64,000 nucleotides of DNA, taken from contig JAABTF010000004.1 of the NCBI GenBank assembly GCA_011389965.1, forward strand, positions 9,739-73,738, in the 5' to 3' direction. The position numbers and the translations under genes were made by a program. Below the pieces are notes generated by a model. That model saw only the letters and a list, made by a program, of their open reading frames with translations, was not told the origin of the DNA and did no database searches. This document shows, one piece after another, positions 1-10,545 of this stretch; position 1 is the stretch's first letter; each line of letters starts with the position of its first letter. The DNA is from Halothiobacillus sp. Lineage in GTDB: Bacteria > Pseudomonadota > Gammaproteobacteria > Halothiobacillales > Halothiobacillaceae.

Positions 1-1625
<1,625 letters not shown>

Positions 1626-1685
1626 CGCACTGGCCAAGCGACCCGCCGACGCCCCGGCGCCGGCTCCATGGAAGAGGGAAACGGC

Positions 1686-3110
1686 ATGGCCCTGCCCAAT
1701 AACTGGAGCGAGTACCTGCTCGCACACCCGCTGCCCGTGCGGCGGGCGGTGCACCAAGGGATGTGCCGGGAGCTGCTGGACGAGTCTCCTGATTTGCCTC
1801 GTCTGGTCGGCTGGTTGCGGCGTGACCCGGCGGCAGCCAGCATGGTGCTCGGGGCCGCCGCGCAGGGACAACGCCATCGCCGCCGCAGTGCGCCACATAA
1901 TCTGGAGCATGCCCTGTCCCTGCTGGGAACGAACTGGGCACGCAAGCAACTGCCCGAACTCCCCATCCTGGAAAACCATCTGACCGAACCCGACCAGCTG
2001 GCCGGCTACCTGGCGGCCTCCTCGCGTGCCATCCGTGCAGCGCGGCTGGCGGAAACCTGGCTGATCGAACGCCGGGAGACCGCTATCGAGATGGTCATGG
2101 TCGCCGGCCTGCTGCACAACCTGGTGGAGTTGGCATTATGGCGGGATGCGCCGGAGCTGGTGCGCAAGGCCCTGGCGGATGCGCGGCAACGCTTTGTCGC
2201 CATCATCCACACGCAAGACGAAAACCAGGATCTGGCAGAGTGTTTCAGCCTTGGGCACTCGTTCAAGGAGGTGCTGAAGGGCGAAGGAATCGACCTGGAG
2301 CACCTTGAAGCAGCACTGACCGAGCGCTATTACCTTCCGGTGATGTTGCTGTCGGATGAAGCGAGCATCCCGGTGCTCGGCGCCCACCACCAGGCCATCC
2401 TCGTGCTGGCCCGTCGCATGGCCTTTGCAAGTGAATTCGGCTGGTACACGCCCATCATCCGCAAGCTCAATTCTGAGGTGGCCGAACACCTGCGCGCCTC
2501 CCCCAATGCGGCCTGGCGGGTGAGTCTGCACAAGAGCATTCGCGATGCGCGCGAATTTGCCGACATTCCGCTCTATCACCCCGGTCACATGCTGGTCGAG
2601 CACAGCGACGATCGCACCCTGGTTTGGCCGCTGACGGTCGATTACGGTCTCGCCGCCAGCGACAACGACTGCGAGGCGACCCGACCGCAGTCAAACCCGG
2701 CTTCGCCGGGAAGAAAACTTGGCGACATGATCCGGACGCTCAGCAGCATGCCGGGCGTGGCCGAGATTGCCCTGTATGCCCCACCGAGCGCCGGTCAGGC
2801 CTTGCGCAATTTTCACTGGTCATCAATGGGCGCATCCCTCCCCCAGACCATCGTGCTGGCGAACAACCCGTTACTCACCCGGCTGCTCTCGCGCCTGGAG
2901 GTGCTGGGCCTGGACGCGAGCAATCGCGAGCGGCTTTCACCCTATCTGGAGACGGGGTTGCGGGCCGCAGCCGGGCAGGGGCTGGTGATCGCGCCCCTGG
3001 CGGTCGACGGTGAATTGATTGCCACCCTCCTCTGCCGCGGTGAGCCAGAACATCAGGCGGAGATCATTGCCTTGTTGGAAGCGGATAAAACCGGCGAGTC
3101 AGCGGACTAG
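1686..3110 (+). CDS. HDOD domain-containing signalling protein with a possible C-terminal GAF-like region
   Basis: DP...VL..A, LEHALSLLG and AGLLHNLVELAL resemble HDOD. ATG 1686 follows GAGGG; ATG 1668 is an alternative start. Confidence 0.7.
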   Translation: MALPNNWSEYLLAHPLPVRRAVHQGMCRELLDESPDLPRLVGWLRRDPAAASMVLGAAAQGQRHRRRSAPHNLEHALSLLGTNWARKQLPELPILENHLTEPDQLAGYLAASSRAIRAARLAETWLIERRETAIEMVMVAGLLHNLVELALWRDAPELVRKALADARQRFVAIIHTQDENQDLAECFSLGHSFKEVLKGEGIDLEHLEAALTERYYLPVMLLSDEASIPVLGAHHQAILVLARRMAFASEFGWYTPIIRKLNSEVAEHLRASPNAAWRVSLHKSIRDAREFADIPLYHPGHMLVEHSDDRTLVWPLTVDYGLAASDNDCEATRPQSNPASPGRKLGDMIRTLSSMPGVAEIALYAPPSAGQALRNFHWSSMGASLPQTIVLANNPLLTRLLSRLEVLGLDASNRERLSPYLETGLRAAAGQGLVIAPLAVDGELIATLLCRGEPEHQAEIIALLEADKTGESAD

Positions 3111-3117
3111 ACGCGCT

Positions 3118-4188
3118 CTAAAGCGGCGTGTCGAGGCGGGTGATCGCCCAGTCGATGTGCCGGTCGACTTGCTCACCCGCCTGGCCACGGGCCTGTCTCA
3201 GCACCATCAGCGCCCGGCTGGCCTGGGGATGCTCGGGAGGGATGTTCCCGATGGCCACCGCCACATTGCGACGCCAGCGGCGCCAGCCGATGCGCCGGAT
3301 GGCCGAGCCTTCGGTCCGTTTCAAGAACGTCACCTCGTCCCACTCCAACAGACCAATCAGGTCGGGGGCATCCAGTCCTTGGCGAGCGTGGAAATCCGCA
3401 TCGCCGGTCTTGCGGGCGAAGCGGTTCCAGGGACAAACCAGTTGGCAGTCGTCGCATCCGTAAATACGGTTTCCCAGCGACGGCCGCAAGTCTTCGGGAA
3501 TATCTTCGTCCGCCTCGATGGTGAGATAGGAAATGCAACGCCGGGCATCCACCACGCCGTCGGCCACGATCGCCCCGGTGGGACAGACATCGATGCAGGC
3601 GGTGCAACTGCCGCAATGCGCCGAAACCGGCTCGTCCACCGGCAAATCGATGTCGATAAACAGGGCACCGAGAAAGAACCACGACCCGCCGCTGCGATTG
3701 AGCAGCAGTGAGTGCTTGCCCTTCCAGCCCAGTCCGGCCCGTTCAGCCAGGCCAGTCTCGTAGACCGGTGCAGAGTCGCAGAAGGCCCGGTAGGTGAACG
3801 GCCCGACGCGCTCGGAGATGCGCTGGGCCAGTTGCTGCAGGCGCTTTCGTACCAGCTTGTGATAATCCCGCCCGAGCGAGTAACGGCTGACGTAGCCGAT
3901 ATCCGGCTCGCCCAACACGTGGGCGGGACCATGGGTCTCGGGGGGCAGATAATCCCGTGACACCATCAGCACCCTCCGGGTCCCGGGCACCAACTCCTCG
4001 GGACGAAAGCGCATCAGCCCGTGGCGTTCCATGAACGCCATCGATCCGTGGTTTCCCGCCTCCAGCCAGCGGAGAAAACCCGACTCGTATGCGGATAAAT
4101 CGGTGTCGCAGACACGCAGGTCGGTAAAGCCCAACTCCTGAGCCCATTCCCAGATGGATGTCTTGAGTGCCTGCCGATCCTGAGTCAT
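3118..4188 (-). CDS. queG: epoxyqueuosine reductase
   Basis: SRYSLGRDYH, DSAPVYE, CGSCTACIDVCPTGA, DARRCISYLTIE and GCDDCQLVCPWN. The MTQDRQ start overlaps the fluC stop (ATGA). Confidence 0.95.
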   Translation of the reverse strand: MTQDRQALKTSIWEWAQELGFTDLRVCDTDLSAYESGFLRWLEAGNHGSMAFMERHGLMRFRPEELVPGTRRVLMVSRDYLPPETHGPAHVLGEPDIGYVSRYSLGRDYHKLVRKRLQQLAQRISERVGPFTYRAFCDSAPVYETGLAERAGLGWKGKHSLLLNRSGGSWFFLGALFIDIDLPVDEPVSAHCGSCTACIDVCPTGAIVADGVVDARRCISYLTIEADEDIPEDLRPSLGNRIYGCDDCQLVCPWNRFARKTGDADFHARQGLDAPDLIGLLEWDEVTFLKRTEGSAIRRIGWRRWRRNVAVAIGNIPPEHPQASRALMVLRQARGQAGEQVDRHIDWAITRLDTPL

Positions 4189-4565
4189 GACGACAACCGC
4201 TCCGCGAGCAGCATCCCCCCGCGCGCGGCCAACAGGCAGACCACCACGGTTCCCACCGCATAGAGGCCGGCCAGCCACCAGTGCTGCCGCTGCATCAGCG
4301 TCAGAGTGTCGATGGAAAACGCCGACATGGTGGTGAAGGCTCCCAGAAAACCGGTGAGGATCGCCAGGCGGAGCTCCATAGGCACTTGCCAGCGTGTCAT
4401 CAACCACACGCCGAGAAATCCCATCAATCCCGAACCGATCACGTTCACGCTGACGGTTCCCCAGGGAAAGCTCCGTCCACCCACGTGCATCAAGGCTGCC
4501 GTCAGCCCATATCGCGCCATGGCGCCCAGGCCACCGGCCAGGCCGATCAGAAGATAGAGTTTCAT
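4185..4565 (-). CDS. crcB: fluoride efflux channel Fluc/CrcB
   Basis: GGLGAMARY, FPWGT..VNVIGS and TGFLGAFTTMS, with four hydrophobic helices. GGAG SD precedes ATG 4565. Confidence 0.93.
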   Translation of the reverse strand: MKLYLLIGLAGGLGAMARYGLTAALMHVGGRSFPWGTVSVNVIGSGLMGFLGVWLMTRWQVPMELRLAILTGFLGAFTTMSAFSIDTLTLMQRQHWWLAGLYAVGTVVVCLLAARGGMLLAERLSS

Positions 4566-4753
4566 CGCGGCTCCTGCCTCCATGGTCCGAGTGCTTCAGC
4601 GGGAAGCAGACTATCACGCCGCTATTGAGCTCCGGTTGCAACGCCGTCGAACTGTCCTAAGCTCACTTTGCAGGCAGGTCGCGGCTAAAGACCCGACCGG
4701 CACATGTTCAACAACTCGGTTCAATCCAAACAAGCACAGTCTAAGGAGAACGC

Positions 4754-5185
4754 ATGAAAAAGGTTCTACTCGCCAGCATGATTGCCGGCCTGGGTGCCGG
4801 TATGACCGTGCCCGCCATGGCCGACTCCCACGAAACCTACGAGCAATATCAGGCGGCGATCGCTGAACGGGGCGGCTCCGGTGTCTCCGGCACGGCGGTC
4901 TTCGTGCCCGGCGACGGCAACCAGATGACGGTCAAACTGGAAGCTAGCAATGCCAATGGCATGTCTGCCGGTTTGCATGAAGGCATATGCCGCTACGCCG
5001 ATGACGGTGAAGGCGCCCCGGATCTGCTGACATTCAATGAAGACCCTGCCTTCGAGCTCAATGCCATCGAGGATGGCAAGTCCACGTCGACCATCGATCT
5101 GACAGTCGAGGCATTGATGGGCGATCCGCATTCGGTCGCCATTTATGATGGCAGTAGCATCGTGGGCTGCGGCAACGTGCAGTAA
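4754..5185 (+). CDS. secreted small protein, possibly Cu/Zn-SOD-like or CHRD-like fold
   Basis: Strong SD (AAGGAG), Sec signal peptide (…PAMA/D), SGVSGTA, LHEGIC and a C-terminal VGCG; followed by a terminator. Confidence 0.7.
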   Translation: MKKVLLASMIAGLGAGMTVPAMADSHETYEQYQAAIAERGGSGVSGTAVFVPGDGNQMTVKLEASNANGMSAGLHEGICRYADDGEGAPDLLTFNEDPAFELNAIEDGKSTSTIDLTVEALMGDPHSVAIYDGSSIVGCGNVQ

Positions 5186-5218
5186 GTCGCTTTCTCACGA
5201 CCGGCATCATCCTTCAGG

Positions 5219-5244
5219 ACAGCCCCACGACGGGGCTGTTTTTG
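5219..5244 (+). terminator. rho-independent terminator
   Basis: ACAGCCCC-acgac-GGGGCTGT followed by a T-run. Confidence 0.75.
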
Positions 5245-5271
5245 ATGGTAACCGAGGGCGACGGAGGTTTT

Positions 5272-5955
5272 TTAGCGTGCCGGACCCGCGACGTTGTCGC
5301 GCAGGTACTCGGGTACGGCACGGTCCGGCGCGATCCATTGGTTTTTGCCGCTTCGCGCCATCAGGGACAAGGCGTCCTGTGCGTGCGGCAAGGCCTCGGG
5401 CTCGCCCCGGACGAGTGAGGGCTCCTCGAGCAATTCCGGGTAACGGCCAAAGCCACTGCCGGTGGCAATCAACGGCTCACCGCAACCCGGCGAAAAGGTG
5501 GGTGGCGTGACCGCTTCCGGCAAGAGATCACGCCATGCCCCGGTCTCGTCAACCAGATAGCTGGCTCGATAGATCTCGCCCATGCGCGCGTCAATCGCCG
5601 CACGGATTTCCACCGGGCCCCGCCCACCGGCCGAGCGATAACGACGCCAGGCCCCGTCAGCCAGACATCGGAGCGACGAGACGGGCAGCATGGGCAGGTC
5701 CCGGGCGATAGCCACCCCCTGCGCCATCGCGGTGGCAATCCGCACACCGGTGAATGAGCCGGGCCCTCGGCCGAATCCGACCAGGTCGAGTTCGGCAAAC
5801 GACAGACCCGCCGCTTCCAGCAACCCTTCGGCCATCGGCATCAGCTTCTCGGCGTGCCCCCGCGGGGCAATCTCAAAATCGGTGACCACCCGATCACCGG
5901 CTGCCACCCCCACGGTGCACGCCTCGGTCGAGGAGTCCAGGTACAGAATATTCAA
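5272..5955 (-). CDS. tsaB: tRNA threonylcarbamoyladenosine biosynthesis protein TsaB
   Basis: ILYLDSSTEAC, HAEKL, GPGSFTGVRI, IDARMGEIY and P.YLR. Likely TTG start at 5955 after GAGG. Confidence 0.93.
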   Translation of the reverse strand: MNILYLDSSTEACTVGVAAGDRVVTDFEIAPRGHAEKLMPMAEGLLEAAGLSFAELDLVGFGRGPGSFTGVRIATAMAQGVAIARDLPMLPVSSLRCLADGAWRRYRSAGGRGPVEIRAAIDARMGEIYRASYLVDETGAWRDLLPEAVTPPTFSPGCGEPLIATGSGFGRYPELLEEPSLVRGEPEALPHAQDALSLMARSGKNQWIAPDRAVPEYLRDNVAGPAR

Positions 5956-6012
5956 AACCCACACCTCTGCCGTGTGCCCCACGGCCTTGAGAAACCAGGC
6001 GCGGATTCTATC

Positions 6013-7689
6013 TTACTGACGCCCATCTTGGTCGGATGACCAGTGTTGCCCGATCTGATCAAGCAACCACCGGGTCGAGCCATCGAACGGGGCCTCGCTG
6101 CCCGACTCGCCGATGTGTGGCTCCACCTCGTTGGCCATCTGCTTGCCCAGTTCCACGCCCCACTGGTCGAACGAGTCGATTTGCCAGACGGCGCCGGCGA
6201 CAAACACGCGGTGTTCGTACAACGCCAGTAGCGCCCCCACCGCCTCCGGGGTCATCTGGGGAAAGAGAATGGTCGTGGAAGGCTGTCCGCCCGGGCAGAC
6301 GCGGTGCGGCGCGATCGAACGCACCGTTTCCTCGTCGGCACCCTCGGAGCGCATCTGTTGCTCGATGTCCTCGAGACTGCGCCCGACCATGAGGGCGCGG
6401 CTCTGCGCGATGAAGTTGGAAAGCAATTGCCGCTGCTGGTTGCCAATGGGCGAATGGGTCCGGATCGCACAGATGAAATCCGAAGGGATCAGCCGGGTGC
6501 CCTGGTGCAACAACTGATAGAAGGCATGCTGCCCGTTAGTCCCCAAACCGCCCCAGAGCACCGCGCTGGTGTGCGAATCGACAGGATGGCCGTCCACCCG
6601 GACACGCTTGCCGTTGGACTCCATCATCACCTGCTGCAGGTGGGCCGGCAGAAAGCCCAGACGCGTGCCGTAAGGAAAGACCGCCAGCGAATCCGAGCCA
6701 AGGAAGTCAGCGTTCCACACGTCGATCAGCCCCAAAATCAACGGCAGGTTGTCACGGCCACTGGTAGTACGGAACTGCTCATCCAGTGCGTGAGCCCCGT
6801 CTAGCAGGCGGTAAAAGCGGTCCATTCCCAGGTTAAGTGCAATCGGCAGACCGATCGCCGACCACAGCGAATATCGCCCGCCGACCCAGTCCCAGATGGG
6901 AAACATGTTCTTGGGATCGATGCCGAACTCGCGCACCTTCTCGGTATTGGTGGACACGGCAACGAAATGCTTGGCGATCGCCGCCTCATCAGGGGCACTC
7001 TCCAGGAACCATTCTCGCGCCGACCGAGCGTTGGCCAGGGTTTCCTGCGTGCTGAAACTCTTGGAGGAAACGACAAACAGTGTGGTTCGGGGGTCGAGCG
7101 TGACCAGTTTCGACGCCAGGTCACTCGGGGCGATATTCGAAACGAAGTGAGCCCGGATGCCGCGATCGGCATACGAGCCCAATGTCCGACACACCATCCG
7201 CGTGCCCAGATCCGAACCGCCCACCCCGATATTGACCACGTCGGTGATCGGGTCGCCCGCATATCCGCGCCACTCTCCGGAATGGACTGCGGTGACAAAT
7301 TCTTCCATATGGGCGAGGACGGCACTGACCTCCGGCATGACGTCCTCGCCGTCGAACATAATGGGGCGATTGGAGCGGTTGCGCAGGGCAACATGCAGAA
7401 CGGCACGGTCCTCGCTGCCGTTGATGTGTTCACCGGCAAACATGGCATCGCGCTGGTTGAGCACACCCCGCTCCTCGGCCAATGCCAGCAGCGCGTCGAT
7501 GACGTCGTCGTTGAGACGTTGTTTGGAATAGTCCACGGCCAACCCGGCGACATGGCCACTCAGGCGCTCTGCTCGACCGGGGTCCGCATCGAACCAGTCG
7601 CTCGGGTGTCGGCGCATGTGCTCGGCGGCCTTGACTTCAAGTATCTGCCAGACCGGACTCATCCTTCCGACATATCTTTCGTACTGCAT
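6013..7689 (-). CDS. pgi: glucose-6-phosphate isomerase
   Basis: EDRAVLHVALR, GVGGSDLG, SSKSFSTQET, DWVGGRYSLWSA, MESNGK, GQHAFYQLLHQG and FDQWGVELGK. Confidence 0.96.
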   Translation of the reverse strand: MQYERYVGRMSPVWQILEVKAAEHMRRHPSDWFDADPGRAERLSGHVAGLAVDYSKQRLNDDVIDALLALAEERGVLNQRDAMFAGEHINGSEDRAVLHVALRNRSNRPIMFDGEDVMPEVSAVLAHMEEFVTAVHSGEWRGYAGDPITDVVNIGVGGSDLGTRMVCRTLGSYADRGIRAHFVSNIAPSDLASKLVTLDPRTTLFVVSSKSFSTQETLANARSAREWFLESAPDEAAIAKHFVAVSTNTEKVREFGIDPKNMFPIWDWVGGRYSLWSAIGLPIALNLGMDRFYRLLDGAHALDEQFRTTSGRDNLPLILGLIDVWNADFLGSDSLAVFPYGTRLGFLPAHLQQVMMESNGKRVRVDGHPVDSHTSAVLWGGLGTNGQHAFYQLLHQGTRLIPSDFICAIRTHSPIGNQQRQLLSNFIAQSRALMVGRSLEDIEQQMRSEGADEETVRSIAPHRVCPGGQPSTTILFPQMTPEAVGALLALYEHRVFVAGAVWQIDSFDQWGVELGKQMANEVEPHIGESGSEAPFDGSTRWLLDQIGQHWSSDQDGRQ

Positions 7690-9209
7690 CACTCCTCTCC
7701 GGGAATTTTGAGGTTGTTCCGCCAGCGGTGGGCATCGTCATCGAACAGGCGGTCCGCCTCCGGCGGCCCCCAAGTGCCCGCGGGATAGGTCGGAATGTAA
7801 TCCTGTTCCACCGCCCAGCTCCGCAAGATGGGATCGACCACTTGCCACGCCCAGGACACTTCATCGTACCGAAGAAAGAGCGTCTGATCGCCATTGATCG
7901 CGTCGAGGAGCAGGGTTGCATACGCATCGAGATTGGCCGGCTGTGGTGCCGTGTATGTCGCGTCCATCTGCACCGTCCGGGTACGCATCTCCAACCCCTC
8001 GGCCTTGATCTGGATCTCGAATCGGAAATTCTCCTCCGGTTGAATGCCGATCAGCAACCAGTTTGGAGCGGTGTTTTCGATCTGGGTTTCACGAAAGAGT
8101 TGCTGAGGCGGCTCGCGAAAACGGATCGATATCTGCGAATAGGTCTGAGCCATGCGTTTACCCGTGCGCAGGTAAAACGGCACGCCTCGCCAGCGCCAAT
8201 TATCGATATACAGCTTGAGTGCCGCATAGGTTTCAGTCACCGAATTCTCCGGCACCCCGGGTTCATCGAGATAGCTGCGTTCATTCTCTCCACGAACGAC
8301 ACCGCGGGCATACTGAGCGCGAAAGGCCTGGGCATGGACGCCGCGTGGCGAGATGGGGCGCACGCAACGCAAGACCTTTACCTTCTCGTCCCGCACCGCC
8401 TCGGCATCCATGGACGCGGGCGGTTCCATCGCGACCAGTGTGAGCATCTGCATCAGGTGACTCTGCACCATGTCCCGCAGTGCACCAGCGGAATCGTAGT
8501 ACTCGCCCCGCCCCTCGATGCCGAGTTCCTCGGCGTGGGAGATCTGCACGTGATCGATGTAGTTGCGATTCCACAGGGGCTCGAGCAACAGGTTGGCAAA
8601 ACGCATCACCATGATGTTCTGCACCGTTCCCTTGCCCAGGTAGTGATCGATGCGGAAGATCTGGCGTTCCTCGAAGAACTGGTGCAGCAAACCGTCAAGA
8701 GCATGGGCACTTTGCAAGTCGTGCCCGAATGGCTTCTCTATCACGACCCGCCGGCAGCCGATGGATTCGTCTGTCATCCCGCAGGCCCCGAGATGGTGGC
8801 AGATCGCACCGAATGCCTTCGGGGTGACGGCAAAATAGAACACCACGCAGTCCGGATATTGACTGTGCGTCAGCTGGTCGGCGAGGTCCTCGAAACAGCT
8901 GGCCTCGTTGATGTCACCGTTCTGCCAATGCAGCCGGGCGAGCAGACGCTCCATCGCCGCATCCGACGGGCAGTCTTCTTCTCCCCCTTCACCCGCCAGG
9001 CAGAGACGGCGAACTTCCGCCCGCCATTCTTCGTCCCCCCAGTCGCGACGCCCGAAACCGATGATCCGGGTTTCCTTGGCGAGTTGTTCGGCAGACTCGA
9101 GTTGGTAAAGGGCCGGTAACAACTTCACCCGGGCCAGATTGCCGGTGGCACCGAAAATGACGATCGTAACTGCCCGCGGTGGCTCTCCTCGACGGGTCGG
9201 CTTGCGCAT
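7689..9209 (-). CDS. zwf: glucose-6-phosphate 1-dehydrogenase
   Basis: IFGATGNLA, EKPFG, RIDHYLGK and RWRGVPFYLRTGK. Confidence 0.97.
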   Translation of the reverse strand: MRKPTRRGEPPRAVTIVIFGATGNLARVKLLPALYQLESAEQLAKETRIIGFGRRDWGDEEWRAEVRRLCLAGEGGEEDCPSDAAMERLLARLHWQNGDINEASCFEDLADQLTHSQYPDCVVFYFAVTPKAFGAICHHLGACGMTDESIGCRRVVIEKPFGHDLQSAHALDGLLHQFFEERQIFRIDHYLGKGTVQNIMVMRFANLLLEPLWNRNYIDHVQISHAEELGIEGRGEYYDSAGALRDMVQSHLMQMLTLVAMEPPASMDAEAVRDEKVKVLRCVRPISPRGVHAQAFRAQYARGVVRGENERSYLDEPGVPENSVTETYAALKLYIDNWRWRGVPFYLRTGKRMAQTYSQISIRFREPPQQLFRETQIENTAPNWLLIGIQPEENFRFEIQIKAEGLEMRTRTVQMDATYTAPQPANLDAYATLLLDAINGDQTLFLRYDEVSWAWQVVDPILRSWAVEQDYIPTYPAGTWGPPEADRLFDDDAHRWRNNLKIPGEE

Positions 9210-9255
9210 CAGGTCGTCTCCCCACTCAATCCATTATCAGAGTCTCCTGGAAAAC

Positions 9256-10188
9256 TCATGACTCATCCCCGGCATCCCGTCGCTCGACCACGTGCCCACC
9301 GAAGGCGTTACGCATCATCGCCAATACCCGGTTGCCGTAGCCCTCATCGTCCTGACTGGCAAAACGCATCTGCAGCGCGAGGGTCATCACTGGAGCGGCC
9401 ACCCCCAGATCGATCGCTTCAATGGCCGTCCAACGACCCTCGCCCGAGTCGGCCACCACCGGCGCGATCTGGTCGAGATGTTGCCCTTCCGACTTGAGCG
9501 CATCGGCGGTCAAATCCAGCAGCCAACTCTGCACCACCGAACCGTCGCGCCACAGCTCGGTGACCTGAGCCAGGTCGAGATCAAACTCCTTTTTCTTGCG
9601 CAGTACCGCCAGCCCTTCCGACATGGCCTGCATCATCCCGTACTCGATACCGTTGTGGATCATCTTGGTGAAGTGGCCGGAGCCGACCGGGCCGACGTGT
9701 CCCCAACCGCTGTCGGGGCTGGGTGCGAGCACGCGAATCGCCGGCTCGATCACGGCAAACGCGTCCTTAGAACCACCCACCATCAAGCTGTAGCCGTTTT
9801 TCAGCCCCCAAACGCCACCCGACGTGCCGCAATCGAGGAAATGCACACCGGCCTGCTGCACCCTGGCGGCGTGCTCGATGGTCTCGGTGTATCGGGAATT
9901 ACCGCCATCGACTAGCACGTCACCGGGCTTGAGGCGGGGCAGAAGCCGGTCGATGGCCTGCGAAGTGATCGCTCCGGCAGGCAACATCAGCCAGACAATG
10001 CGCGGCTCGTCGAGTTTGCGCAGGAACTCATCCTCGTCGTAGGCCGGGATGACGTGAGCCTCTTCGTCCACCAGTGCGTCGATGGGCTCCGGGCTGCGGT
10101 TGTGCGCCACCACCTCGATTCCGCCGCGGGAAAGCCGACGTACCATGTTCGATCCCATGCGCCCCAAGCCAAAAATACCCAGTCTCAT
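9256..10188 (-). CDS. gnd: decarboxylating 6-phosphogluconate dehydrogenase (short YqeC-type)
   Basis: GLGRMG, DGGNS, DCGTSGGVWG, KMIHNGIEYG, DSGEGRW and RNAFGGH. Start may be 10203. Confidence 0.93.
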   Translation of the reverse strand: MRLGIFGLGRMGSNMVRRLSRGGIEVVAHNRSPEPIDALVDEEAHVIPAYDEDEFLRKLDEPRIVWLMLPAGAITSQAIDRLLPRLKPGDVLVDGGNSRYTETIEHAARVQQAGVHFLDCGTSGGVWGLKNGYSLMVGGSKDAFAVIEPAIRVLAPSPDSGWGHVGPVGSGHFTKMIHNGIEYGMMQAMSEGLAVLRKKKEFDLDLAQVTELWRDGSVVQSWLLDLTADALKSEGQHLDQIAPVVADSGEGRWTAIEAIDLGVAAPVMTLALQMRFASQDDEGYGNRVLAMMRNAFGGHVVERRDAGDES

Positions 10189-10323
10189 AATCCGTTGTTC
10201 CATTTCATGTCAGTGGATGGCCGAGCCGCTCAATGCGCCCGGCAAGAGAAAACCTGTCTTGTCGCGAATCCGCTCCCGGCGGTCGGCGGTGCAAATCACG
10301 ATCCTTTTGGAAGATTAGATCAT

Positions 10324-10351
10324 CGTTGTGTGCTTTTTGTGTCACACAACG
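10324..10351. promoter_or_regulatory. perfect 9-bp inverted repeat (candidate operator) between divergent gnd and ppc
   Basis: CGTTGTGTG-N10-CACACAACG. Confidence 0.45.
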
Positions 10352-10438
10352 CGATGCCCGAGGCGATACCCGGCCTTCTCCTGGTCGGGGAGGGCGACCC
10401 TCGCCGGCCAGAACAAGGCAAGAACGGCCAGAAAACGG

Positions 10439-10444
10439 TATAAT
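10439..10444 (+). promoter_or_regulatory. sigma70 -10 box for ppc
   Basis: Perfect TATAAT about 100 nt upstream of the ppc ATG. No clear -35. Confidence 0.5.
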
Positions 10445-10545
10445 GACCGCGTTTTTGCCCGTTGCCCCCGGCGGGACGGGCACTTGTCGACCAGCGAACA
10501 AGCCGGTCGACGCTGCATTCATTCAGCCGCGAGATTTCTAACGCG

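Noticed and set aside
4189-4641. Apparent N-terminal extension of QueG in the ORF track
   Set aside because: It overlaps crcB in another frame; the true start is the coupled ATG at 4188.
4566-4750. Fluoride riboswitch upstream of crcB
   Set aside because: I could not find the GGnGAUGG…/…UrAUGrC consensus by eye.
7728-9119. 463-aa + strand ORF, and similar long ORFs at 16964-18103, 25556-26845, 38647-40191, 40761-42242, 49043-50479 and 59011-60597
   Set aside because: Antisense shadows of well-supported genes, expected with strong GC3 bias; no recognisable motifs.
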